Below are positions 38,586 through 47,250 of a stretch of DNA of 64,000 bases, piece by piece. Source of the DNA: Patescibacteria group bacterium (lineage in GTDB: Bacteria; Patescibacteriota; Patescibacteriia; 2-01-FULL-39-33); NCBI GenBank assembly GCA_041662745.1, contig JBAZRV010000001.1:69837-133836 (forward strand). The letters are read 5' to 3'. The translations under genes were made by a program, and so were the position numbers. Position 1 is the stretch's first letter. Every line of letters starts with the position of its first letter. The notes under the pieces were generated by a model that was not told the DNA's origin, searched no databases, and was given only the letters and a program-made list of their open reading frames with translations.

Positions 38586-40527
38586 AAACGGCTCATGCGT
38601 GCCGATTACGGCAGAGCAACTCAAGCCTTTTGATGTTTTTGCCGGCAAATTGATACAAAGCGCCGGTTGGCAACCCAAAAAGCCGCTAACGGCGCCTTCA
38701 GCCGACGGCGGATTAAAATTTAGCGAATCAATGCCGATGGAAGAAAGAATCAATTGGCTGGAACTCATTAAACAGTACAACCCCAACGGAATCATTAATT
38801 CCGCCAACGTCAACCAACTGCTCAATTCCTTGTACACGGGAATCGGCATCGGCTGTTACGTAGTGGAAATGTATGCTAAAAGTTCGGGATTGGCCAAATT
38901 GCTTGATGACAATTCGCGTCAACGGCTGAATGAAGGACAAAAAGCGGAATTTTCCAAAAAGCTGGCAACGGCTGCGGCCGTCGCCCAGTTCAGCTTCGCT
39001 TCCTTCGTCTCTTGGTCATTGTCGCGTTACCAAGGCGAAAAACTTGATTCCCTGTCTATGGATTTTCCCGGTTATCCGGAAATCTGCTTGACTGACTACT
39101 TGCGCGGTTTCAACTGCCTGTTAGTCTACATGGGAAAGTTCGTCAAAGAATCGGGAAAAATCAGAACTGATCTGGATCTTCTGAAGGCCGTCCAAGTGGC
39201 GGCTCAGGGAGCGCTGGACGAAATCAAACTGCGTCGCGACTCGTTGGAATACACCCAATTCTTCACCGATGTGGCGTACAAGCTGGAAGGCGAAGATTTT
39301 ACTATTTCCGGTTTTGAAAACAGATTAAACAACGGCACGATTGGCGTGGAGTTTAAGCGGGTTGACATCAAAACCATTGTCGGCAATCGCGATGCCAAGC
39401 GTTTTTTCCAACGATTGGCTGTACGCGCGGCTTGCTATAAAGTGGCGGAGAGACGCAACGTCATGTACGATTTAGGGGGTATGCCGGCCGCCAGCATCGG
39501 CTTTGGCATTCCCGGTACGGGTAAAACCATGATGATTGGCGCTTTTTCCACGATGCTTTACGATCTCTGTAAGTGGCTGGAATTGCCCTATGTATTTGAT
39601 CCTCATCCTCCCAATATCGTTTCTACCTACCAAGGCGGATCCAGAGAACGGGCCGAGGAGTGGTGGCAACGCATCTTGAATCCCAATAGGATTTCCTTCG
39701 GTCCGGCCGATGATGCTGAAGTTAATTATGAAGACAGGACCCGCCCAGGCGTGTCTGCCGGCGTCCGTGAAGTTATCGGCGCGGCTCTAACCAACCTGGA
39801 AGGGGCCTCAGCTATTTGGCGAGGCAACGCCGTAGTATTTTTTCTAACCAATATCCCCGATCAACTGGATCCGGCTTTGCTGTCGCGCATTGTAACCCGT
39901 TTCAAAATTGATGGGGCTACCACCTGGCAGGATTTCCTGGACCAGGACCACTTATGGTGGAAACGCATTGCCGAAATCGATCCTGCTTTCATTGCCATGG
40001 CCGATCCTGACGATTACGAATACTTGTTTGCTCAACGCCTGATCGGCAGCATGGCCGAGACTTACATAGGCTATCAGCAACCAAGGGAACGGGTCATTCT
40101 GGATATTTTCAACCGCGTGAATAAAGAACGCGACATAAAGGAACAAAAGTTTTTTGCTCAACTCTATCAAGAAATCCAAAAACAATTTCCCAAATTCAGT
40201 TCGCGCGATGTCCGTAATATCCAACGGGCCGTTGACGATCGGTTGTTAGACTTTGATTTTCCTGAGGCCTGGATGTCCGATCCGGAAATATTTTTCCGTC
40301 AGCCTTACGACCGGCAAAAAATCATGGTGTTGGAATTAATGCGAGAGAATATGCAAGGAAAATCGTTCGCGGAAATCAGATTCCAAGAGGCGATGCGCTA
40401 TCTGGACAATATGGTGGCGATTGTTGACCTGGGCCATCGTCGCGAAGTGGAACGAGCAAGCGAACAAATGATGATCCAAGCGGAAGCCAGCCGGGCAATC
40501 CAAAGCCGATTGGAACCGCGCAAATAA
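38575..40527 (+). CDS. classical-clade AAA+ ATPase (650 aa) with an unknown N-terminal domain of about 310 aa and a non-canonical Walker B
   Basis: Walker A GFGIPGTGKT. Second region of homology / sensor-1 FFLTNIPDQLDPALLSRIVTRF, compare FtsH [20 protein letters not shown]. The Walker B position reads ISFGPADDAE rather than hhhhDE. Overlaps the upstream gene by 11 nt, with a GGGGAGGA SD. Confidence 0.75.
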   Translation: MGDKNGSCVPITAEQLKPFDVFAGKLIQSAGWQPKKPLTAPSADGGLKFSESMPMEERINWLELIKQYNPNGIINSANVNQLLNSLYTGIGIGCYVVEMYAKSSGLAKLLDDNSRQRLNEGQKAEFSKKLATAAAVAQFSFASFVSWSLSRYQGEKLDSLSMDFPGYPEICLTDYLRGFNCLLVYMGKFVKESGKIRTDLDLLKAVQVAAQGALDEIKLRRDSLEYTQFFTDVAYKLEGEDFTISGFENRLNNGTIGVEFKRVDIKTIVGNRDAKRFFQRLAVRAACYKVAERRNVMYDLGGMPAASIGFGIPGTGKTMMIGAFSTMLYDLCKWLELPYVFDPHPPNIVSTYQGGSRERAEEWWQRILNPNRISFGPADDAEVNYEDRTRPGVSAGVREVIGAALTNLEGASAIWRGNAVVFFLTNIPDQLDPALLSRIVTRFKIDGATTWQDFLDQDHLWWKRIAEIDPAFIAMADPDDYEYLFAQRLIGSMAETYIGYQQPRERVILDIFNRVNKERDIKEQKFFAQLYQEIQKQFPKFSSRDVRNIQRAVDDRLLDFDFPEAWMSDPEIFFRQPYDRQKIMVLELMRENMQGKSFAEIRFQEAMRYLDNMVAIVDLGHRREVERASEQMMIQAEASRAIQSRLEPRK

Positions 40528-40611
40528 GGCCTCTCCCAATGGAGGGGGTTACGGTAAAAAACCTAACCCCCTCCAAAATGCTGGTGGGGCTAAACTGAGG
40601 AAAGGACGAAG

Positions 40612-41916
40612 ATGGATAAACTACTTGCCGATGCCGGATTATTCGGTCAGGGCTTGACCCTGATAGATACGCCGCAACTTGTAGAAAGATACAACGATTG
40701 CCTTAAACGATTGGGCCTTCCCCCGACTCAACTAACGTCATTTTCCATTGACGGCATCGGTTGGTCGCCGGAAATAGCCCAGGAAACTGGCAATCCGCTG
40801 TATCTGTCGCATGGCGTGGCTAATCAACTGGCGATAATCATTTCGCCCGATCAAGAACATAAGCCGATTTACTTTCCCTTCAGTTCGTTTGATCGTTCGC
40901 TCCTGGCGGAGTTCTTCAAAAAATTCCGTCAAGCTATTACGGATATCACTACGACTTCCGGCATAGCCCTGGATATTGATCAAGAACTGACGTCTTATGA
41001 AACGATCTTGGATTTGCTCTTAGTGGAGAACATCACGGTTATAAGTTATTGCGATAATTTGATCCAGGCGGCTCAACGTCAAAGAGAGCTGACGGAAAGA
41101 TTCCTTGCCCCGGGCGACAACTGGGCCGACAGGGAATTGGCCCGGCAAATTATCGCCAGCGCTCAACAGTATGGCAATTTGCGGTACCGTACGGTAGAAA
41201 TACCGGAATGGCGCTACGATAATCTGGGCTGTTTTTATAGCCGGGCGCTGGACGGCGTGTTTATATTCCGCAATCTGCCCGGCGGCGACTTTATGGTCGT
41301 TGAGAACGGCAAATTGGCCAGAAAGAACCGAGCGACGCAAATTGACATTTTTCAATTGACTGACAAGCGTTTAATAGATCGTTTGGAAGAGGCCGGACTA
41401 ATCGCTGTTGATCTCTCCTGGTATCGGGATCATCCCGAAATTTTGGAAGAAAAACGCGATTGTCTGCTGATTGACATTCTTTCTGCCGCTGATCCCGAAA
41501 TTGATTATCTGCATTTGACTGAACCGCAAAAAAAATCGCGCTTAAGAAATCTCGGTGTCAAGCTTCCCAAAATTTACAAGGATCTGGAACGGCTGATCAA
41601 ACGATTGGGGCAGGATGAGGTTGAAAGTTTTAATGAACTATCAGATGAACTTAAACTTTTGCTCCTGCAACCGCACCCGGATCTGGAAGAAGAAATGTGG
41701 GAATTGGTCGGCATGCTGATTGCGCGCTTGCAACCCTGGCGGTTGCTTATCACGTTTATCTGCGATAAGAATCTGTTCTATAAACGCTATGATGACTGGC
41801 CGAAAGGAAAACGGCTTTGGGCCATCGCTACGTTGAAAGAACATTACCGGCCCAAAATGAATATTCTAAGAGAACGAGCCGCTGAAGCAGAATCAACTGA
41901 AGACCTGCAAAAATAA
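40612..41916 (+). CDS. hypothetical protein (434 aa), N-terminal paralog of the 37353 gene (shared FGQGLTLIDTPQL motif)
   Basis: GAAAGGA SD. The N-terminal motif is shared with the 37353 protein. Confidence 0.55.
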   Translation: MDKLLADAGLFGQGLTLIDTPQLVERYNDCLKRLGLPPTQLTSFSIDGIGWSPEIAQETGNPLYLSHGVANQLAIIISPDQEHKPIYFPFSSFDRSLLAEFFKKFRQAITDITTTSGIALDIDQELTSYETILDLLLVENITVISYCDNLIQAAQRQRELTERFLAPGDNWADRELARQIIASAQQYGNLRYRTVEIPEWRYDNLGCFYSRALDGVFIFRNLPGGDFMVVENGKLARKNRATQIDIFQLTDKRLIDRLEEAGLIAVDLSWYRDHPEILEEKRDCLLIDILSAADPEIDYLHLTEPQKKSRLRNLGVKLPKIYKDLERLIKRLGQDEVESFNELSDELKLLLLQPHPDLEEEMWELVGMLIARLQPWRLLITFICDKNLFYKRYDDWPKGKRLWAIATLKEHYRPKMNILRERAAEAESTEDLQK

Positions 41917-41962
41917 ATTTTAATCGCTATCACCCTGAAACCGCAAAACAAGGAGGACAATC

Positions 41963-42754
41963 ATGCTGATTTTCTTATCTTACGCTCTGTTGTTTACCGC
42001 TCTCGGAATTTTTTGGTTCGGCATTGACAAATACTTCGGAGTAGTCGTCTTCTCTTTCGTTTACAACCTAACCCACAGCAAGCGTTTGCCGGCCGATCGG
42101 GTTTCCGGTTTCATCTTGGGCCGCAAAGCGCGAGGACGATTCTACTCGGCTTTGCTTCTGGGTTTCGTCAATTGGCGGTCATGCCTCTACTTTATGACGC
42201 ATGGCCCCGTAGTCAACTCTTTCCTCTTGCTACTGGCTGTCGTTTTTACGATGGTCGGCTTCTATTGCGGTCCTATGGTCATGCGACTGTTGGGCAGACG
42301 CGACCAACTGCTTAAACATCTGGACGTAATTGACCAGATTGAAGCCGGAGAAATCCAAGTCGGCGATGAAGCCAAAAAGAAGGCCAAAAGCTGGTGGAAA
42401 AATTTAAAGGGCGGTTTAGCTGATTGGAAAAGCGCTCTCAGGGATGCGATCAACGCAACCAAAAATCCGGAACAAGCCGCGGTTATTGACACGGCTCCCG
42501 CGGAAACGGAAGAGATGCCGGCAACGGCAGCGACCGAGCTATCCGCCCTGCAACAAGAACTTGCCGGTGTACAGGCCAGCATTAATCTTATGGGCGAGCA
42601 GGCCAAAACCGCTCCATCAAACAGTAATGGCGATGAGGCGATTCAACCACCAAATGAAAACCATTTGAAAAAAGCGAAAGCCTGTCTGGAAAAATTTTCC
42701 CGAGGCGAGGATCCCGGCCTGGGGGCGTCCGATTCCGACCTCAAAAATGAATAG
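41963..42754 (+). CDS. hypothetical membrane protein (263 aa; about 3 TM helices plus a coiled-coil / disordered C-terminus)
   Basis: AAGGAGG SD. Hydrophobic N-terminal half and a helical, polar C-terminal half. Confidence 0.5.
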   Translation: MLIFLSYALLFTALGIFWFGIDKYFGVVVFSFVYNLTHSKRLPADRVSGFILGRKARGRFYSALLLGFVNWRSCLYFMTHGPVVNSFLLLLAVVFTMVGFYCGPMVMRLLGRRDQLLKHLDVIDQIEAGEIQVGDEAKKKAKSWWKNLKGGLADWKSALRDAINATKNPEQAAVIDTAPAETEEMPATAATELSALQQELAGVQASINLMGEQAKTAPSNSNGDEAIQPPNENHLKKAKACLEKFSRGEDPGLGASDSDLKNE

Positions 42755-42762
42755 GAGAAGGC

Positions 42763-44388
42763 ATGATGAGTGAAAAACAAGATAAGGGCGGTCGGCTATA
42801 CTGGCTGTTCAAACACAGCGCCGGCTGGGCGCTGAATTTTGCCAAACGCCACTGGCTGATTTTTACCATCCTCCTGTTGGCAACTTGTCTGGAACTGTTT
42901 ATCGCCCGAGGTTATGTGTACGGGTATATTATCACTGTCAGGAAATTCTTCGGTTCTTTTTTGGCAATAATTTCAGCCCTAGGCGTTTTCCGTTGGCTAT
43001 ACCGCAAATACCGTTGGCGCGGAAAACTATTGCTGGTAATCTTCTATTTGCTTGTTAGTTATGGCATTTATGAAGTCGGCAAACCGATTCATCATTACTT
43101 TGCGCAGTTTTACTGCTACAAAATAACTGATTTCGTAGAGCTGGATCAATTGCCGGAAACGGCCCATGAGCGGATCTTGCCGCTCAACTCCGTTTTCTCG
43201 CAAGCGCGGGAATTGGTGCAGGACAATGTCCAACCGGCCGAACCCCACTTCGTACGAATTGACGACCAATACCGTTTCACTATGGGCATTGAACCCACTC
43301 CGCTTCTGCCCCGTATTTTTTCCGGAATCCGTCAAGTTTATAATATTGACGGCGCCTCCCCGTCGCCTGATTGGGGTTTGCAAAATCTGGTTGATGTCAG
43401 ATTTGAAACCGGAGAAGGACTTAAGTGGAGCAGGAACACTTACATTGCCACCAGTCGCGCCTTCGGATTGTGGCGCTATTTCAACTATGAGCCGGACGGC
43501 GTTATCTACCTTAAAGACGACTCCGGAAAAATGGTGCAAGCGGTGCCACTGATCCGTTGGAAAGGGTTATTGTTTCCCCGGCCAACTTTTGGCGGCGTGC
43601 AAGTAATTGAACAATCGCCGGACGGCATCTGGCAAAGCCTCAGGCGAGTCCTGTTCGGCTGCGGTTATTATGTCTCGCCGGCCAAAATGAAAAACTATCC
43701 GTTCTTAAACGGACAGAACGTTCTATCTTACAAGGTGTCTCGTTATGTCGCTGAAAGCTTCAAATTCCATAAAGGGCTTTCTGCTCCTCTGCCTTGGATC
43801 CATCGAGGCGATGTCAGAATCGCCAATATGCCCGAGGATATGAACGACCAACCATTCACTATCTTTTTCCGTCTGGGACAACTTGGCGGTAAAGATGCTC
43901 TTTATCACTACTTCTCACTTCAACCCTACTCGGAAAAATCGCAAGGGTTATCCGTTTCCCTGTTCGTGCCGGCTGATGGCCTGGGAAAAATATTTATCTT
44001 CTCTCATCACCAGAAAGAACCGATGCTGGGAGTGACCGCCGTAACCAATAAAGTCATCGGCGATCATAAGTTTTTTGACTGGACAATCAATCGGCCGGTT
44101 GAACAACGGCCCTACATCACCAAAGTAAACGGCAAGATCCGCTTTTACTGGCTGACGACCGTCGTTACCCTGGACAATAAGGACGCCAAACATTATATTG
44201 CCGGCAGTCGTCCCGACGTAATCTTGACCGACGCGGCCAATCAATGCGTTTATTGGATGGAGTCAGCTGACTCCAGTGCTTGGAAAAAGCAACTGGAAGC
44301 GAATGTCAGTTTCAAGCCAGTTATGGGAGGACCGCCTCAAGCAGAAAAAGTGGAACCGGCGACGATCCAGCCGATTTCCGCAGAATAA
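42763..44388 (+). CDS. hypothetical membrane protein (541 aa; N-terminal TM bundle plus a large soluble domain)
   Basis: AGGAGAAGG SD. 3-4 N-terminal TM helices, then an aromatic-rich globular domain. Confidence 0.55.
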   Translation: MMSEKQDKGGRLYWLFKHSAGWALNFAKRHWLIFTILLLATCLELFIARGYVYGYIITVRKFFGSFLAIISALGVFRWLYRKYRWRGKLLLVIFYLLVSYGIYEVGKPIHHYFAQFYCYKITDFVELDQLPETAHERILPLNSVFSQARELVQDNVQPAEPHFVRIDDQYRFTMGIEPTPLLPRIFSGIRQVYNIDGASPSPDWGLQNLVDVRFETGEGLKWSRNTYIATSRAFGLWRYFNYEPDGVIYLKDDSGKMVQAVPLIRWKGLLFPRPTFGGVQVIEQSPDGIWQSLRRVLFGCGYYVSPAKMKNYPFLNGQNVLSYKVSRYVAESFKFHKGLSAPLPWIHRGDVRIANMPEDMNDQPFTIFFRLGQLGGKDALYHYFSLQPYSEKSQGLSVSLFVPADGLGKIFIFSHHQKEPMLGVTAVTNKVIGDHKFFDWTINRPVEQRPYITKVNGKIRFYWLTTVVTLDNKDAKHYIAGSRPDVILTDAANQCVYWMESADSSAWKKQLEANVSFKPVMGGPPQAEKVEPATIQPISAE

Positions 44389-44464
44389 CAGTTAATCAAA
44401 AACATTTTTAACAAAAAAACAGACGAAACCGCCAAGAGCGACTCGTCATCAAAGGAGAACCATC

Positions 44465-44662
44465 ATGTTGGTTGCTGTCACTATTTTGATTATCGGTCTG
44501 TTCGTTGGGTACAAATTCAAGGTAGCGGAAAAATATCTGATGCCGTTCTGGCGCAATGTGATCAAGCCCTTCATTGTAACCAAGGTCAAGCCCTTCATCA
44601 CGACGAAGGTCCTGCCGGCATTGGCAAGGCTCGTCAATGCCCCCGTGAACCGGCAACAATAA
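44465..44662 (+). CDS. small single-pass membrane protein (65 aa), last gene of the operon
   Basis: AAAGGAGAA SD. One TM helix, then a basic repeated KPFI(V/T)TKV motif. Followed by a strong terminator at 44679..44710. Confidence 0.45.
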   Translation: MLVAVTILIIGLFVGYKFKVAEKYLMPFWRNVIKPFIVTKVKPFITTKVLPALARLVNAPVNRQQ

Positions 44663-44678
44663 TAAGTACTTTCTCATT

Positions 44679-44710
44679 CCGTTCCGACGTTTTCGTCGGA
44701 ACGGTTTTAT
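44679..44710 (+). terminator. intrinsic terminator (CCGTTCCGACG-TTTT-CGTCGGAACGG plus T-tract)
   Basis: Perfect 11-bp stem with a T-tract, ending the seven-gene operon. Confidence 0.6.
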
Positions 44711-44761
44711 ATTTGATCAAAAAATCCCGGCCTTAAACCGAGACTGAACCGCAACGCATTA

Positions 44762-45337
44762 TCAATCATTAACCTTAAGCATTTGTTCCATTAAATTAAT
44801 AAATACTTTGGCATTAACTTCCACATCGGGCATGGCGCGATGGGCATTACGATTCTCATGTCCGAAGTGACGGGCCACGGCTGTCAGATTATACTGCGGC
44901 AAAGACAGCAGTTTGCGAGACAATTCCAAAGTGTCAATCATCTTATTCTGCGGCGCGCTTAAAGCATGGCGCTGGACATGAGATAGGACAAACAGCCAAT
45001 CAAAGTCTTTAATATTGTGGCCAACCATAATAGAATCACCGGCGAAAGACAAAAATTCAGCCAGCACCTGGCTGCCGGGACGGCCATTAACCAATAAATA
45101 TATCTCATTTAGGCCGTTAATTTTCTCCACTTCCGGCGCAATCGGACGCGTGGGGCGGATCAAGGCCTCAAAACGAGCCAGCTCCTCACCGCCACGCAAA
45201 CGAATGCCGGCGATTTCCAGAATTTCATCGCGCGCCGGATCCAGGCCGGAAGTTTCCAAATCAAAAACCGTAAATTCCGTCTTGAGAAAGCTCCGGTATT
45301 TCTCTTTCAGTTGTTCCGCTGTCATGTTGTTTGCCAT
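44762..45337 (-). CDS. DEDDh 3'-5' exonuclease (DnaQ / Pol III epsilon-like)
   Basis: Exo I motif VFDLETSGLD, Exo II GHNIKDFDWLF, and a C-terminal H-x4-D region (AHRAMPD). Confidence 0.8.
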   Translation of the reverse strand: MANNMTAEQLKEKYRSFLKTEFTVFDLETSGLDPARDEILEIAGIRLRGGEELARFEALIRPTRPIAPEVEKINGLNEIYLLVNGRPGSQVLAEFLSFAGDSIMVGHNIKDFDWLFVLSHVQRHALSAPQNKMIDTLELSRKLLSLPQYNLTAVARHFGHENRNAHRAMPDVEVNAKVFINLMEQMLKVND

Positions 45338-45444
45338 AATATGGATATATTAACTGAATAAAAAAAATAATTCAACTTAATTGTTCGCCGATTAACAATA
45401 AAAAAATAATTTTAAAAAATATTATCGGCAGTTGTGGATAACTA

Positions 45445-45473
45445 TTGTTGTCAGAAAAAAAATATGCTATAAT
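45445..45473 (+). promoter_or_regulatory. promoter (TTGTTG, 17-nt spacer, TATAAT)
   Basis: Consensus -10 with a weak -35, upstream of the small basic peptide gene. Confidence 0.35.
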
Positions 45474-45548
45474 ATATTCAGTTGAAATAGTTTTTGCAGA
45501 GAAAATCGTTTCAGCTTACACTTATAAAAGAAGGGAGGTGAGCTATTT

Positions 45549-45656
45549 ATGGCTAAAAAGAAAAAAGCAAAGAAGAAGGTCGCGAAAAAGACCGTAAAGA
45601 AGGCTGCAAAGAAACCGGCAAAGAAAAAGAAAGCTGCCAAAAGAAAGAAGAAATAA
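45549..45656 (+). CDS. 35-aa Lys/Ala-rich highly basic peptide (MAKKKKAKKKVAKKTVKKAAKKPAKKKKAAKRKKK)
   Basis: Strong SD GAAGGGAGGTGAG 8 nt upstream of the ATG. A rho-independent terminator (ATCCCCT...AGGGGAT plus T-tract) follows directly at 45671..45705. Too short for the 60-aa track. Confidence 0.55.
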   Translation: MAKKKKAKKKVAKKTVKKAAKKPAKKKKAAKRKKK

Positions 45657-45728
45657 AAATTTTCTCAAGGGAAAAATCCCCTCTCTGCAGAAGGGGATTT
45701 TTTCTTTGGCAAAATTTTATTTTAAATT

Positions 45729-46973
45729 TTAAAATAATTCTTTTTGCTCGGCCGGAGACCGGGTATTTTTTATCTTTATCCTGCCGAAGATGCCGTCATA
45801 ACCGGCGGCGATTTCCACTTGGCCCTGACGCATGGCGATTATGGCCTCGGTGATTTCCGGCAGGGTGATCTTATTCAATTCTGCCGAAGATGCGTCCAAT
45901 AATATGGCGAATTCATTGGCATGACTGATCAAATTAAAATATTCTTTCCGGACTTTTTTGGAATTTTTCCCCACCCCCGAGACGGCAGCGATTATTTCTT
46001 GCAAAGGAACTAAATTTTTGTAAGGGATAAAATCATCGATTGCGATTTCTTGCCGATCGGCCAAGGAGTTGACCCGATTAAGAACGCCCAGAGTAAGCGG
46101 TTTGCCGCACTTCGGGCATCTATTGTCCAGTTGCCGGCTTTTCTCCGGCTCGCAAGAAAAACCGCACACGGCGTGACCGTCAATATGATACTTTCCTTCC
46201 TCGGGAAAAAATTCTACTGTCATTAAAAACCTTTTGCGATCTTTTTCTTTTATTATTCTTCTCAGCTCCTGATAAGAAAATTTATTTTCACTAAAATCAA
46301 AAACATTAGCTTCGCGTCCGAGATTGGCCGGTGAATGCGCGTCGGAATTGGAAAGCAGAGTTAACCGATCCAATTTTGACAAACGCCAATTCATCGCCGG
46401 ATCGGAAGATAGGCCCGTTTCCAACGCAAAAATTTTCGGCGTCAATTCTTCAAAACATTCTTCCAGCGAATCAAAGCCGGATTTTGATCCGAACACGGCA
46501 AACCATGGCGTCCAAATATGCGCGGGAAAGACAATAATATTTTCATCAACCGCAAAAGCCAGGCGTGCCAATTCTTTGGCTGGTAGGCCGATAATCGGCC
46601 GGCCGTCTGATTTTAGGTTGCAACCGCGATTAATTAACTCTTGAATCAGCTTTTCCGCCGCCTCAATTGACGGCAAAAGCAAGCAGGTATGGATGCGCCG
46701 GCATTTTCCGCCTTGAGTATAGATACAGCTGATTTCTCCGCCCAAAACAAACCTAACCGCGGAAGAACCGTCCTTAAGCTGAAAAAATCCCGGTTCCGCC
46801 GAAATCAATTCTTCTTTAATTGATTTAAACCAGGCCGGATGAGTAAAATCACCGGTAGCAACTAAGTCGATGCCCTTATGCTCGCACCATTTGGCAATAT
46901 TGGGCAAGGTCAATTCCCGGCTGCAGCCGCGGGAATATTTTGAGTGGATGTGTAAATCAGCAATGACTTTCAT
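45729..46973 (-). CDS. PHP-domain nuclease of the endonuclease Q-like family (TIGR00375-like) with a C-terminal zinc finger
   Basis: N-terminal PHP motif IADLHIHSKYSRG, a later HxH region, and a C-terminal CPKCGKP zinc ribbon. The size (414 aa) matches EndoQ. Confidence 0.5.
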   Translation of the reverse strand: MKVIADLHIHSKYSRGCSRELTLPNIAKWCEHKGIDLVATGDFTHPAWFKSIKEELISAEPGFFQLKDGSSAVRFVLGGEISCIYTQGGKCRRIHTCLLLPSIEAAEKLIQELINRGCNLKSDGRPIIGLPAKELARLAFAVDENIIVFPAHIWTPWFAVFGSKSGFDSLEECFEELTPKIFALETGLSSDPAMNWRLSKLDRLTLLSNSDAHSPANLGREANVFDFSENKFSYQELRRIIKEKDRKRFLMTVEFFPEEGKYHIDGHAVCGFSCEPEKSRQLDNRCPKCGKPLTLGVLNRVNSLADRQEIAIDDFIPYKNLVPLQEIIAAVSGVGKNSKKVRKEYFNLISHANEFAILLDASSAELNKITLPEITEAIIAMRQGQVEIAAGYDGIFGRIKIKNTRSPAEQKELF

Positions 46974-47056
46974 AATATTAATATACTAACAAGTCGGCGG
47001 TTTTAAAGCAATATTAAAACCGGAGAAACAAGCTCTCCGGCTAAAAGGTACAGTTT

Positions 47057-47239
47057 CTATGTCATAATCACATGCAATGTCAAAGAGGCGAGAAAAAAAG
47101 CGGCAGCCAGAGCGATTGTAATGATTAACTTCTTAAAATTTTCTTCTGTCATCTCGTCTGGGTCAAACTGTCCCGCCGAAAAAAACAAAAATGCAATTCC
47201 TACAAAAAACAACAATGTTGTTAAGACGAATATAAGCAT
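47057..47239 (-). CDS. small membrane protein (60 aa)
   Basis: Two hydrophobic helices. Weak call. Confidence 0.3.
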   Translation of the reverse strand: MLIFVLTTLLFFVGIAFLFFSAGQFDPDEMTEENFKKLIITIALAAAFFLASLTLHVIMT

Positions 47240-47250
47240 GTCATTCCTCC

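Noticed and set aside
43027-43552. ORFs 43027..43539 (-) and 43166..43552 (+) inside the 541-aa membrane protein gene.
   Set aside because: They are antisense or alternate-frame to a gene with a strong SD and operon context, and they have no signals of their own.
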